Positions 6,679-14,913 of a stretch of 34,405 nt of DNA are shown here, one piece after another. The DNA comes from a virus (taxonomy: Duplodnaviria > Caudoviricetes): positions 1 through 34,405 of the IMG/VR virus record IMGVR_UViG_3300048857_000015. One strand, given 5' to 3'. How positions within the stretch are numbered: the stretch's first letter is position 1; each line of letters opens with the position of its first letter. The position numbers and the translations under genes are program-made. The notes below the pieces were generated by a model. That model made no database searches. It saw only the letters and a list, made by a program, of their open reading frames with translations, and had not been told where the DNA came from.

Positions 6679-8136
6679 ATGACTGAAGCTGAGACACATA
6701 AGCCGAGACTGTTCATTTCGTACAGCTGGAGCAACCCAGACCACCAAGCCTGGGTACTAAGCTTTGCCGAGGAATTGGTGGGCGCTGGAATCGATGTCAT
6801 TCTCGACAAATGGGATCTGCAACCCGGACACGACGCTCACGCATTCATGGAGAGCATGGTCACCGACCCGAAGGTCAACAAGGTTTTGCTAATATGCGAT
6901 GAGGTTTACGCAAGGAAATCTGATGCCCGTGCGGGAGGTGCCGGAACAGAGGCGCAAATTATTACGCCTGAAATATACGCCAAGAAAGCCCAAGATAAGT
7001 TCGTTGCCGTCGTCAGAGAACGGGATCGCGACGGTGCTCCGTATTTACCAGTCTATTACAAGGGGCGAATCTATATCGACCTATCGAATGCGGCGTCGTA
7101 TTCCACAGAGTTCGAACGGCTAGTTCGCTGGGCCTGGGACGCACCTCTCAACGTTCGCCCACCAGTCGGCGAGCGACCCAGTTTTCTATCGGAAGAAGCT
7201 GCGACGCCAAGAATCGCGAGTTCATTGCTGTTTCGCCGAGCAAATGAGGCGATACGATCTGGCGACAGTAACGGCGTCGCGGCAGCCAAAGAGTATTTTC
7301 AGGTCATATCGCGAGACCTCGAAGCCTTTCGGATAGCGATGAATAAAGACAACAAAGATACTTTCGACGATCTTGTAATATCCAATATAGATGAGTTTAC
7401 TCATTACAGAAATGAGCTTATTACCGTCTTTACAAATATAGCTAACTACAATACATCTGAAGAGATGTTAGAGGCTGTGCATAGGTTTTTTGAGCGCCTC
7501 CTGCCGTACCAATATCGTCCTGAAAGCGTTCATAGTTCGTATGATGTGGACTTTGACAATTTCAATTTTATCGTTCATGAGCTGTTTTTGTATTGCTTAG
7601 GAATTTTTATCCAAAATGAGCAATTTGAAGCTGCAAATCATTTAATCGAGAACGAATACTACCTAAGAAATATTGTCAATCCTGAAAGTAGTATGCGTTC
7701 GTACCTATCATTCCAAAATCCGATGAAGATATTAGATTTTCGTAATCGTCGCTTGAAATTAAACAGGTTGTCCTTGCGAGCGGATATGCTAAAGGAACGC
7801 AATAAAAGCACAGGGATTGACTTTTCTTGTGTAATGACAGCCGATTTTATTCTTTACATTCGGAGTCAATCTTCGTCCAACGCTTGGCACATGTGGTGGC
7901 CCGAGACTCTTCTATATAGCGATCGTTACGGTGCCGCTTTCGAAATATTTGCTCGCGCAAAATCAGGAAAGTATTTTGAGAGGATAAAGCCATTGCTCGG
8001 TGTGAAAGATAAGGAAGAGCTGGGAGCCATACTTACGAAGATAAAAAGCGATCGTGACCGTATTCCGCGCTGGCAATTCGAATCAATCAGCCCGGATCGC
8101 CTGATGGGTTTCGATGCCCTCGCCACTACGGTATAG
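6679..8136 (+). CDS. SEFIR/TIR-domain protein (bacterial SEFIR anti-phage type)
   Basis: LFISYSW....HQ.WV..FA..L...GIDV.LDKWDL.PG.D...FME, GG.GTE.QII; long AT-rich C-terminal domain; start ATG 6679. Confidence 0.85.
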   Translation: MTEAETHKPRLFISYSWSNPDHQAWVLSFAEELVGAGIDVILDKWDLQPGHDAHAFMESMVTDPKVNKVLLICDEVYARKSDARAGGAGTEAQIITPEIYAKKAQDKFVAVVRERDRDGAPYLPVYYKGRIYIDLSNAASYSTEFERLVRWAWDAPLNVRPPVGERPSFLSEEAATPRIASSLLFRRANEAIRSGDSNGVAAAKEYFQVISRDLEAFRIAMNKDNKDTFDDLVISNIDEFTHYRNELITVFTNIANYNTSEEMLEAVHRFFERLLPYQYRPESVHSSYDVDFDNFNFIVHELFLYCLGIFIQNEQFEAANHLIENEYYLRNIVNPESSMRSYLSFQNPMKILDFRNRRLKLNRLSLRADMLKERNKSTGIDFSCVMTADFILYIRSQSSSNAWHMWWPETLLYSDRYGAAFEIFARAKSGKYFERIKPLLGVKDKEELGAILTKIKSDRDRIPRWQFESISPDRLMGFDALATTV

Positions 8137-8195
8137 GCGTCGGCGAAAAGCCCTCGCACGACCGCCTTGGCGGGGTGATTTCCCTCACGACTGAG

Positions 8196-9185
8196 TCATC
8201 TCAGAGTCGTGATTGCGAGCTCAAACACCTCCGCTCCACCCTCCCTCTCCCTGATCCCCTTAAACGACGCATGCCGTAGCTTCCCGTCATCCGTCCAGGC
8301 GCGATACTCGACCTCGGCGACGAGCACCGGCTCAACGAATACGGCGCCTTTCCTCCTGAGGGCCACGGCCGGCGTCTTCGTCGCCATCTCCTCGAGCAGC
8401 TTCCGCAGCTCTCGTGAAAGCTGGTTTGACCAGCCGGTACCGCAGCCGCCGACATAGACGAGCTCGCCATCCTTCCGCGCGGCGAGCAGCAGACGGCCGA
8501 GATGACCAGGCACGGTCGACGGCTCGAAACCAACAACCGCGAAGCTGTCGCGCCGCTTGCAGGTGATCTTCTGCCACCACTCGCCCCGACCTGAGCGATA
8601 GGGCTTCTCGACGTGCTTGGCGATGATGCCTTCGAGGCCGTGCGCGCAGGCGACGCGAAAAAACTCGTCGCCGTCAGCCTGGACCTCTTCCGATAGCCGG
8701 ATGGCACCGGCACGGCCGGCGACTATCGGGTCGAGCAGCCACCGGCGTTCGCGAAGCGGCAGTCGGCGCAGGTCCCAACCATCAACATAGAGAAGGTCGA
8801 AAGCAAAGAAGATGATTTCGCGTGGATCATGCAAGCTAGGTCGCTTACCGAGCGCGCGCTGAAGCATGCCGAAGTCCGACCGCCCCTGATCGTCAAGGAC
8901 AACCGCCTCGCCGTCGAGGATTAAGGTTTCGTAACCAAGCTGGCGCGCCTCTGCGGCGATTGAAGCAAAGCGGGGCGTCCAGTCGTAGCCGCCGCGTGTG
9001 ATTATCCGTACCCTGTCCGGCTCCACGTGAACGGCCAGACGGTAGCCGTCCCATTTCACCTCAAAGGCCCAGTCCGGCCCTTTTGGCGGCTTGGCTACTA
9101 GCATCGCCAGACATGGATCAACCCGCTCCGGCATCGGGTCCGGCGATGAGGTGCCGCGCGGTGTTTTGGACGATGCTCTTGCCAT
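8196..9185 (-). CDS. ligD: ATP-dependent DNA ligase (stand-alone LigD ligase domain)
   Basis: Motif I FEVKWDGYR, ILDGE, FAFDLL, GLEGIIAK, YRSGR, OB-fold LRHASFKGIR; no polymerase or phosphoesterase domain; start 9185 inferred. Confidence 0.88.
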   Translation of the reverse strand: MARASSKTPRGTSSPDPMPERVDPCLAMLVAKPPKGPDWAFEVKWDGYRLAVHVEPDRVRIITRGGYDWTPRFASIAAEARQLGYETLILDGEAVVLDDQGRSDFGMLQRALGKRPSLHDPREIIFFAFDLLYVDGWDLRRLPLRERRWLLDPIVAGRAGAIRLSEEVQADGDEFFRVACAHGLEGIIAKHVEKPYRSGRGEWWQKITCKRRDSFAVVGFEPSTVPGHLGRLLLAARKDGELVYVGGCGTGWSNQLSRELRKLLEEMATKTPAVALRRKGAVFVEPVLVAEVEYRAWTDDGKLRHASFKGIREREGGAEVFELAITTLR

Positions 9186-9239
9186 TAGCCCATTAACGCA
9201 CAGGCCCGTGAAAAGCCGAATTGACTCTTTCGGCTGAGA

Positions 9240-9254
9240 GAACATATTAGGAAC
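9240..9254. promoter_or_regulatory. Alphaproteobacterial LexA (SOS) box
   Basis: GAAC-ATATTAG-GAAC (GAAC-N7-GAAC) over the -10 of a TTGACT (9221-9226) promoter candidate. Confidence 0.8.
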
Positions 9255-9315
9255 ATCCGGCGGCGATGCGGCGCGCCAATCCATCAATCAGGGGCGAATT
9301 AGAAAGGCGCGCATC

Positions 9316-9765
9316 ATGCGAACACTTGAAGATGAGATAGGAACCGCAATCGAAATTGATCTAGCGGTAATGCCTCCGCACCAAAGGCGGGCCTATGCCG
9401 GCCTAGACCAGTATCGCCGTCCCGTCGAGGTGCGTGGCGTCCAGGAGCTCGCCAAGGGTATTGCCGAATCCTTCGGGGCCTTTGCCATCTTCGATGCCGA
9501 GACAGTGTTGCGGTCCCCGGCGATCGCGCCATTCGTTACGCAGACGCTCTACGCGATCCCGCTTGAACTGAGGCGGGCCGCCTGCGACCGCGACCGGCTG
9601 AAAGCCGAAGGCGCGCGAAAGGAGATGGCGCGAATAATCTCGGCCGCACTTCTGGCGCGATACCATTTCGAGCCCTTGAAGCACGTCGGCGCCTCCTGCC
9701 ATCCGAATTGGGAAGAGGCCTTCGAGCGGCAGTTCGGCGCCGGCCGAGGAGGAGGTTTTCGGTGA
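9316..9765 (+). CDS. Hypothetical protein, first gene of a putative SOS operon
   Basis: 149-aa ORF downstream of the LexA box, coupled to the next gene. Confidence 0.7.
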   Translation: MRTLEDEIGTAIEIDLAVMPPHQRRAYAGLDQYRRPVEVRGVQELAKGIAESFGAFAIFDAETVLRSPAIAPFVTQTLYAIPLELRRAACDRDRLKAEGARKEMARIISAALLARYHFEPLKHVGASCHPNWEEAFERQFGAGRGGGFR

Positions 9766-9980
9766 GCGACGAACAGGGCGCAAAGCCGCACTATGAGGCC
9801 GGACCCTATGTGCATTATTGCGAGCACCCTGGCTGCTTAAAATGGGGCAGCTTCGGTTTCGCGATCGGTCGGGCGGAGCCTAACTGGTTCTGTTCTGAGC
9901 ATCAGCCGGAATGGAAAATCGGCCCTACCACCCAGGCGTCATTGACGGCGCGGATGACGCGCGGAATAACCGGGCTATGA
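9762..9980 (+). CDS. Small putative Zn-finger protein
   Basis: GGAGGAGG RBS, GTG overlapping the previous TGA; CEHPGC...WFCSEH. Confidence 0.65.
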   Translation: MSDEQGAKPHYEAGPYVHYCEHPGCLKWGSFGFAIGRAEPNWFCSEHQPEWKIGPTTQASLTARMTRGITGL

Positions 9981-10165
9981 CCGTAACAATCACAGAAGAA
10001 CAACGTGAAGCCGCCCACAACCTGCGCGAGTCAATGCGGATCTTCAACCAGGCGATTCGCGAAGCAGCGTACCGGGGTCTGCACGTTGAGGTGAAGCTGC
10101 TTCAGTTGCATCGGAGCGAAGGGCCGACCCCGGTTCCGCAGGTCGACGTTCTCGCGAAACTGTGA
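9977..10165 (+). CDS. Hypothetical protein
   Basis: ATGA coupling at 9977-9980; 62 aa. Confidence 0.55.
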   Translation: MTVTITEEQREAAHNLRESMRIFNQAIREAAYRGLHVEVKLLQLHRSEGPTPVPQVDVLAKL

Positions 10166-10427
10166 CGGCCAACTATCGTTCCCTTACTCGTGCCGGCCCA
10201 AAGCTGCAACTTTCGACAGCAAATAGGCGAGCACCATTAAAACGTAGGGTAGTCTTGGACGCGCTGGCTTGATAGCCAGATGATGTGCGCGAGCGCGCCT
10301 GAAAGGTTGTCAGGCTCGGCGAACTGTCATGCAGCAGACGACCACGCCGCACCTGACGCCGGCTCAACAGAGTGAGAAGTCGGGCCGCCTTACCCAATCC
10401 AACCAACGCGCAACAGTGGAGATCGTC

Positions 10428-10868
10428 ATGGCCAAGAAGACAATCGAAGATCCACCCGAATACTCTGCCGTCTCCGGCGAACCTAGCACAGCCGCTCATT
10501 CCAGCTCGTTAGACAAAATGCCGCCTTGGTCCATTCCTGCCGCCGAGAACGTAGCAGGCGGTTCCGCAGCGGGAGATATCCAAGGAGAATCGAATTCTGG
10601 GCATCCGGGTGGCGTTGCAATTGAAGATCGCTCCAAAGCCGCTCCATCCGGATCAGATGCGGTCACCCAGGGCGATGCGCCTCATGCCAGCGAAGCCACC
10701 ATGCGATACAACCCACGTTACAGCGCAGAGGATCGGGCTGAAGAAGACCCCCCTGTTGCAGATGGTTCGGCCGCTGGACAAAGCAGCGAGACGTCCGACG
10801 ACAAAGCGGTCACCTCCGAGGCAGGTCATGTTGCTAGCGGCGGGATTGGCGGCATTACGAACATGTAG
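10428..10868 (+). CDS. Acidic low-complexity (likely disordered) protein
   Basis: GGAGA RBS before ATG 10428; S/G/A/E/D/P-rich, no hydrophobic core. Confidence 0.5.
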   Translation: MAKKTIEDPPEYSAVSGEPSTAAHSSSLDKMPPWSIPAAENVAGGSAAGDIQGESNSGHPGGVAIEDRSKAAPSGSDAVTQGDAPHASEATMRYNPRYSAEDRAEEDPPVADGSAAGQSSETSDDKAVTSEAGHVASGGIGGITNM

Positions 10869-10945
10869 TGCGCCGCGCCGCTTAGAAGGGACGCGATGGG
10901 CGGCAGCTTAATGGCGACCTACATTAAAGACAACGCGAGGAAATC

Positions 10946-11602
10946 ATGACAAACGTCGATCAAATTGGCGCATCCGGCAATCACCTGCTTCTGATGGCGG
11001 GTCTTTCTCAGAATGATGTCGATTGCGTGACAATAACAGATCTTTGGATTCAGAGCGTTTTTCGCGCGAAGCTTAGACAACAAGGCTGGAGCGATGACAA
11101 GATATACGATCCTGCAATGCAGCAAAGCGATGAATACATCGCTACTCTGATGGATTCTATCGAGGAAGAAACGAGGTGGGCATCAGTAATGGACTCCCCT
11201 CAGAAGTTCTCTGCAGAAAGCAATAATCAAACTGTGGCGCAATTGCTGGAATTCTGGCTTGGGACGCTGGGGGAACCACTTGCCTATGTTTCAAGCACAA
11301 TACTCTCTGTTGGACCAGAGGCCAATTCCGTTGGTAATCGTTTTTGGGAGAGCAGCCGCAACAACTGCTTCGGGATGTCTGCTGCCATAAAGCCTGGCCC
11401 AATTCAGTACGCCTATACGGCCATGTCACTGTCGAACCCGATTAGAAACTGGATGGGGCTATTTAGCCCCTATAGCAATACAATTCAGGCAACATGCATT
11501 CCGATCACCATCAATCCAGATATTTTTTCCGAACTCCGGCAAGATGTGGAAGAGCGGCTAGGTGACCGTCTAAATGCGATCATGATAGCCCCCTACCCAT
11601 AG
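10946..11602 (+). CDS. Hypothetical protein (orphan moron)
   Basis: GAGG RBS; 218-aa ORF with reduced GC. Confidence 0.7.
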   Translation: MTNVDQIGASGNHLLLMAGLSQNDVDCVTITDLWIQSVFRAKLRQQGWSDDKIYDPAMQQSDEYIATLMDSIEEETRWASVMDSPQKFSAESNNQTVAQLLEFWLGTLGEPLAYVSSTILSVGPEANSVGNRFWESSRNNCFGMSAAIKPGPIQYAYTAMSLSNPIRNWMGLFSPYSNTIQATCIPITINPDIFSELRQDVEERLGDRLNAIMIAPYP

Positions 11603-11731
11603 GCTTCGCAGTCTTGCTCTAACGAGAATAGAGCGCTTCTTGATCGGTCATCGGCCGCGCTGTGGTGCTCGACGGCGACACGATTCGAATTCAAAAGGCG
11701 CGCGCACCCGCCTGCACTAAGATTTCAGCAC

Positions 11732-11760
11732 AAAAACCCCACCCCCGGTCAGGGATAGGG
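11732..11760 (-). terminator. Intrinsic terminator ending the late/lysis operon
   Basis: Minus strand CCCTATCCC-loop-GGGGTGGGG stem followed by TTTTT, ~25 nt after the last lysis-region gene. Confidence 0.6.
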
Positions 11761-11785
11761 CAAAGATAACCGCAGAATTTTGTTG

Positions 11786-12070
11786 TTATGATCTAGTGGA
11801 GCGGCCAGTGCGCTGCTCGAAAACGCGGTCTAGTCGCTCGCCGAAAGCGTCGATTCGATTGCCGACGCCTTCGATTGCCCTCATGATTTGAGACGTCTGT
11901 TCGAGCATGCCGGCTTTGGTTACGTAGGATTCCGCAACATGCAAACGATGAGCAGATAGCTCGTCGCGTACTGCTCCGATCTTGCCGTCAACGTATTTCC
12001 ATACGCCGAAGATCGCGCCGAACACGCCGACGAAGAAACCGACGGCATACATAATCTCGGCGCCGGTCAC
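11786..12070 (-). CDS. Membrane-anchored coiled-coil protein of the lysis module (holin/antiholin candidate)
   Basis: GTG overlapping the o-spanin stop; one N-terminal TM segment and a coiled-coil tail. Confidence 0.65.
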   Translation of the reverse strand: MTGAEIMYAVGFFVGVFGAIFGVWKYVDGKIGAVRDELSAHRLHVAESYVTKAGMLEQTSQIMRAIEGVGNRIDAFGERLDRVFEQRTGRSTRS

Positions 12071-12258
12071 GGCTTCACCCCGCAAAGCTTCTCCAGCTTG
12101 GAGTTCTCCGCCAGGATCTGGCGCTTGGTTCCTTCCGTCATCTTGTCTTCGACGGACGGCCGAACGGCGCGCGCAATGTCGCAGTAGTTACCCTGCGTCA
12201 CGCAGCCACTTAGAGATAGCGCGATCAACGTCGCCACCCCCCATGTTTTGAACTTCAT
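12067..12258 (-). CDS. Outer-membrane spanin (Rz1-like lipoprotein)
   Basis: Lipobox LSGC; overlaps the 3' end of the i-spanin in another frame. Confidence 0.75.
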   Translation of the reverse strand: MKFKTWGVATLIALSLSGCVTQGNYCDIARAVRPSVEDKMTEGTKRQILAENSKLEKLCGVKP

Positions 12259-12427
12259 CTTCGACGCCCCTCGCCTGTTTTATGGCTTTCGCGTTTGCCT
12301 TAGCCTGCTCCGCCTTGGCATCAGCCTTGCCGCAGGAGCGTCCGTAAAAGAAAGCGCCCGCGACGATCGCGAGCGCAACGCTGGCAGTTGTTAGCCAGCC
12401 AGAAAAACGGGACCAGATTGCCGCCAT
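12188..12427 (-). CDS. Inner-membrane spanin (Rz-like)
   Basis: N-terminal TM segment then an Ala/Lys-rich helix; lies after endolysin and holin. Confidence 0.7.
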   Translation of the reverse strand: MAAIWSRFSGWLTTASVALAIVAGAFFYGRSCGKADAKAEQAKANAKAIKQARGVEDEVQNMGGGDVDRAISKWLRDAG

Positions 12428-12432
12428 TAAGA

Positions 12433-12633
12433 TCACGTCGGCCGCCCCATCTTCTTGGCCCACTGCCACCACGCGACGGGAACTGCGCCGATAGCCGCAA
12501 CAATGCCCGCCTCAATGGAGGCTGCGATGGCGGGATCCTCGGTAATCATGGCCCTGACTTCCTCGCCGATGTAGCCGGAGCCGTAGAGCCACCCAGCGAC
12601 CATGTAGAGCGCAATGCGAATCCAGACGGTCAT
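12433..12633 (-). CDS. Putative holin
   Basis: 66 aa, two hydrophobic segments, basic C-terminus; ATGA-coupled to the endolysin. Confidence 0.65.
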   Translation of the reverse strand: MTVWIRIALYMVAGWLYGSGYIGEEVRAMITEDPAIAASIEAGIVAAIGAVPVAWWQWAKKMGRPT

Positions 12634-13271
12634 TTCTTGCCCCCTTTGATGAGCGCGAGCAGGACGCGGCCGAGAGCAGCCCATAACCCGCCGGAGGCCG
12701 GAACAACGGCGCGCGTACCATAGCCGCCAGCCTTCAGCGCCGCCTCGAACACGGCGGTATGGCCAGCGATCGTCTTGGCCTTATCCGTGCCGTTAATAAT
12801 CCTGCGCGCGCCGACGTAATCGGCTTTGTCGCCGACGATGTAGTCTGCGAGCCGGCGCCCGGTGAACCAGCCTGCGGTCATGCCCTCGAACATGATCTTG
12901 GCCGCGATATCCTGCCGCATGGCGAGGTTGAAGTTGCGCAGCAGCGCTCCTTTCAGGCCAAGCTCCTTATCGGCGCGCTCGTAGTTCGAGTCCCACGTCA
13001 ACTGGACATAGCCGCGCCCATAGGGAACCTGCCCGTACTTGCCTTTGACGCCGTACTTGCGGCCAGCGCCCTTGCCGTATTCGGCGATCGGCTGCATCGT
13101 TCTGGCCGTCTCGTGATGGGCGGTGGCGAGCATGTAGGCCAGGTGCTTTAGAGGGGTGCCGCGGCGCTCGGCCTCGTCAAGAATTGCGTCGATGCCCCTC
13201 ACCTGCGCGTCGGACATCTTTCCGGCGAACAGGGGTGAGCGCACCGCCGCGAAGAATTTCGCGCGGTCCAT
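12630..13271 (-). CDS. Endolysin, glycoside hydrolase family 19
   Basis: YMLATAHHET, YGRGYVQLTW..NY, ARRIING; AGGAGA RBS before ATG 13271. Confidence 0.88.
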   Translation of the reverse strand: MDRAKFFAAVRSPLFAGKMSDAQVRGIDAILDEAERRGTPLKHLAYMLATAHHETARTMQPIAEYGKGAGRKYGVKGKYGQVPYGRGYVQLTWDSNYERADKELGLKGALLRNFNLAMRQDIAAKIMFEGMTAGWFTGRRLADYIVGDKADYVGARRIINGTDKAKTIAGHTAVFEAALKAGGYGTRAVVPASGGLWAALGRVLLALIKGGKK

Positions 13272-13296
13272 AGTGTCTCCTGCGATGTGGTGGTCG

Positions 13297-13350
13297 TTAG
13301 TGCGACGGTGCGCGGTCACGCCCACGCGGTGACGTGGTCGTGATGGTCAT
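13297..13350 (-). pseudogene. 17-codon mini-ORF, possible remnant of a displaced lysozyme gene
   Basis: AAGGA RBS, then MTITTTSPRGRDRAPSH-stop directly upstream of the GH19 gene. Confidence 0.35.
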
Positions 13351-13537
13351 TTGGATTCCTTGTGGTGGTGGCGTCTTGCAAGCTCGAGAGCTGCAGCGGT
13401 TAAACACGCTTCGCGTTTTTGCTCGGGTCGAGGCTGAGTTTCATAGCTCGACCGAGCTCGTTGTTTATGATGAAAAGTTAACTCGTCGAACGAGCCGATT
13501 CCCCGTGACGGCGCGTTCTCAGGCACAAGGAATACAC

Positions 13538-14122
13538 ATGACGGCTGCGATCAAGCTTCACAGCGATGGACCACCCGCTACTCAGGGGGAACCGTCTCCG
13601 GACGCAATCTATACGTGGATAGGTGCTTCGCTGAGTAGATGGGAGGACTTGGAGTTTTCGATAGCAATGCTGTTCCCCGGCCTTATCACTCGCGATCTTA
13701 ACTCTCGATCATCTCAAATCTGCCGTCGTTCGATAGGTCGGATCGAGAATTCATCCACTCGATCCGATATCGTTTGTGCAGCAGTAGAGGCATTCTTCGA
13801 ATTCACCGACGATCCAAATGGCGCAGCGCCAGTAGCAAAAAGACTATTTCAGGAGATCGGTGTCCTGCGAGGATTTAGGAACAAGCTAGCCCACGGCGTC
13901 GTGCGTAATTACTCAGATGACAACGGACGTTACGGCTGGTGGCTCATGTCCTCGGCGTATGAAACCAAGCGCTGGGACTCGTACAACGGCGAGATGTGGC
14001 ACGTGTCCTTAGCGCAGGTTCGCGAGTTCCATCAAAAGACCGACAACGCCTTCGGCGGCGTAGTCGACTTGCTGTTCGAGATCTCCCGGCTGCTTGACGA
14101 TAGTGGTCCACCTTCCCGCTGA
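13538..14122 (+). CDS. HEPN-like protein (RxxxxH), antisense moron
   Basis: AAGGA RBS; IG..L..W..LE helix and RNKLAHG motif. Confidence 0.65.
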   Translation: MTAAIKLHSDGPPATQGEPSPDAIYTWIGASLSRWEDLEFSIAMLFPGLITRDLNSRSSQICRRSIGRIENSSTRSDIVCAAVEAFFEFTDDPNGAAPVAKRLFQEIGVLRGFRNKLAHGVVRNYSDDNGRYGWWLMSSAYETKRWDSYNGEMWHVSLAQVREFHQKTDNAFGGVVDLLFEISRLLDDSGPPSR

Positions 14123-14141
14123 GTCGTCTTTGAGTTTGCAT

Positions 14142-14846
14142 TCAACCGGAGCCTGACGGCCCCGCGTCCACAATTCTAAAACACTCGCTCAGCCCGGGGA
14201 CATGTAGCTCGATAAGATCTACATCTTGCCATGCCCTCTGCCCCCGTTCGTCGTGCACGTCAAACAAGAGCCGCCACTCCCTTTGCGAAGAAAACAGTGT
14301 TCTTTTGATGAGTGGCGAATGATCTTCTGACAACGCGTCACCTGGCTCGTCAGTGTATTTGACCTTCAGAAATTTAGATGCTCTCCAAGAAAGTCCACCG
14401 ACTGGCGCGGAGGGCGTATTCACCGAGAGCCCCTCTAGCTTTCGAAGAAATCTTCCTTCGTCCACCAACTCTAAACAAGCATCGTATGGGTCCGAATTCG
14501 CTTCGGACTTGGTGTACATCGCAGGCTTGAGATCCTCGAACTCACCATGCGCCACACAATAGAGGAAACAGTCGAACGTCGCGCCAACGGAAAGCTGGCC
14601 GATCGACGTGTCCTTTCCTTTTATGATTATGCCGTGACGTTGAAGTTTCTCGCTTATTTCGTCCCCACCCGACGTCAAAATGTTCGAGGCGACCAACTTG
14701 GAGCGTCCGTCTTGGTCATCTCCGCGGAAGTGGTCCTTCGTCGATTCGTACATTCGTCGATAGTATCCTTGTCGACAAAGACGAAGCGTCTCCCGCTCCA
14801 TGACGTAAAGCAAATGCTCTGACTTCATGAACTTCAAGAAAGGCAT
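14142..14846 (-). CDS. Hypothetical protein, DUF2971-like / possible ADP-ribosyltransferase fold
   Basis: KFM...YYR..E....GD..DG, FLYC, V.Y, K...FS.QREWRL pattern; GGGGAG RBS; start 14846 or 14849. Confidence 0.55.
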   Translation of the reverse strand: MPFLKFMKSEHLLYVMERETLRLCRQGYYRRMYESTKDHFRGDDQDGRSKLVASNILTSGGDEISEKLQRHGIIIKGKDTSIGQLSVGATFDCFLYCVAHGEFEDLKPAMYTKSEANSDPYDACLELVDEGRFLRKLEGLSVNTPSAPVGGLSWRASKFLKVKYTDEPGDALSEDHSPLIKRTLFSSQREWRLLFDVHDERGQRAWQDVDLIELHVPGLSECFRIVDAGPSGSG

Positions 14847-14913
14847 CAACTCCCCCCGAATCTGCTCGCCGGGGAGACTACCATCACCGGGGGAAGAGTG
14901 TCAGCCAATGCAC

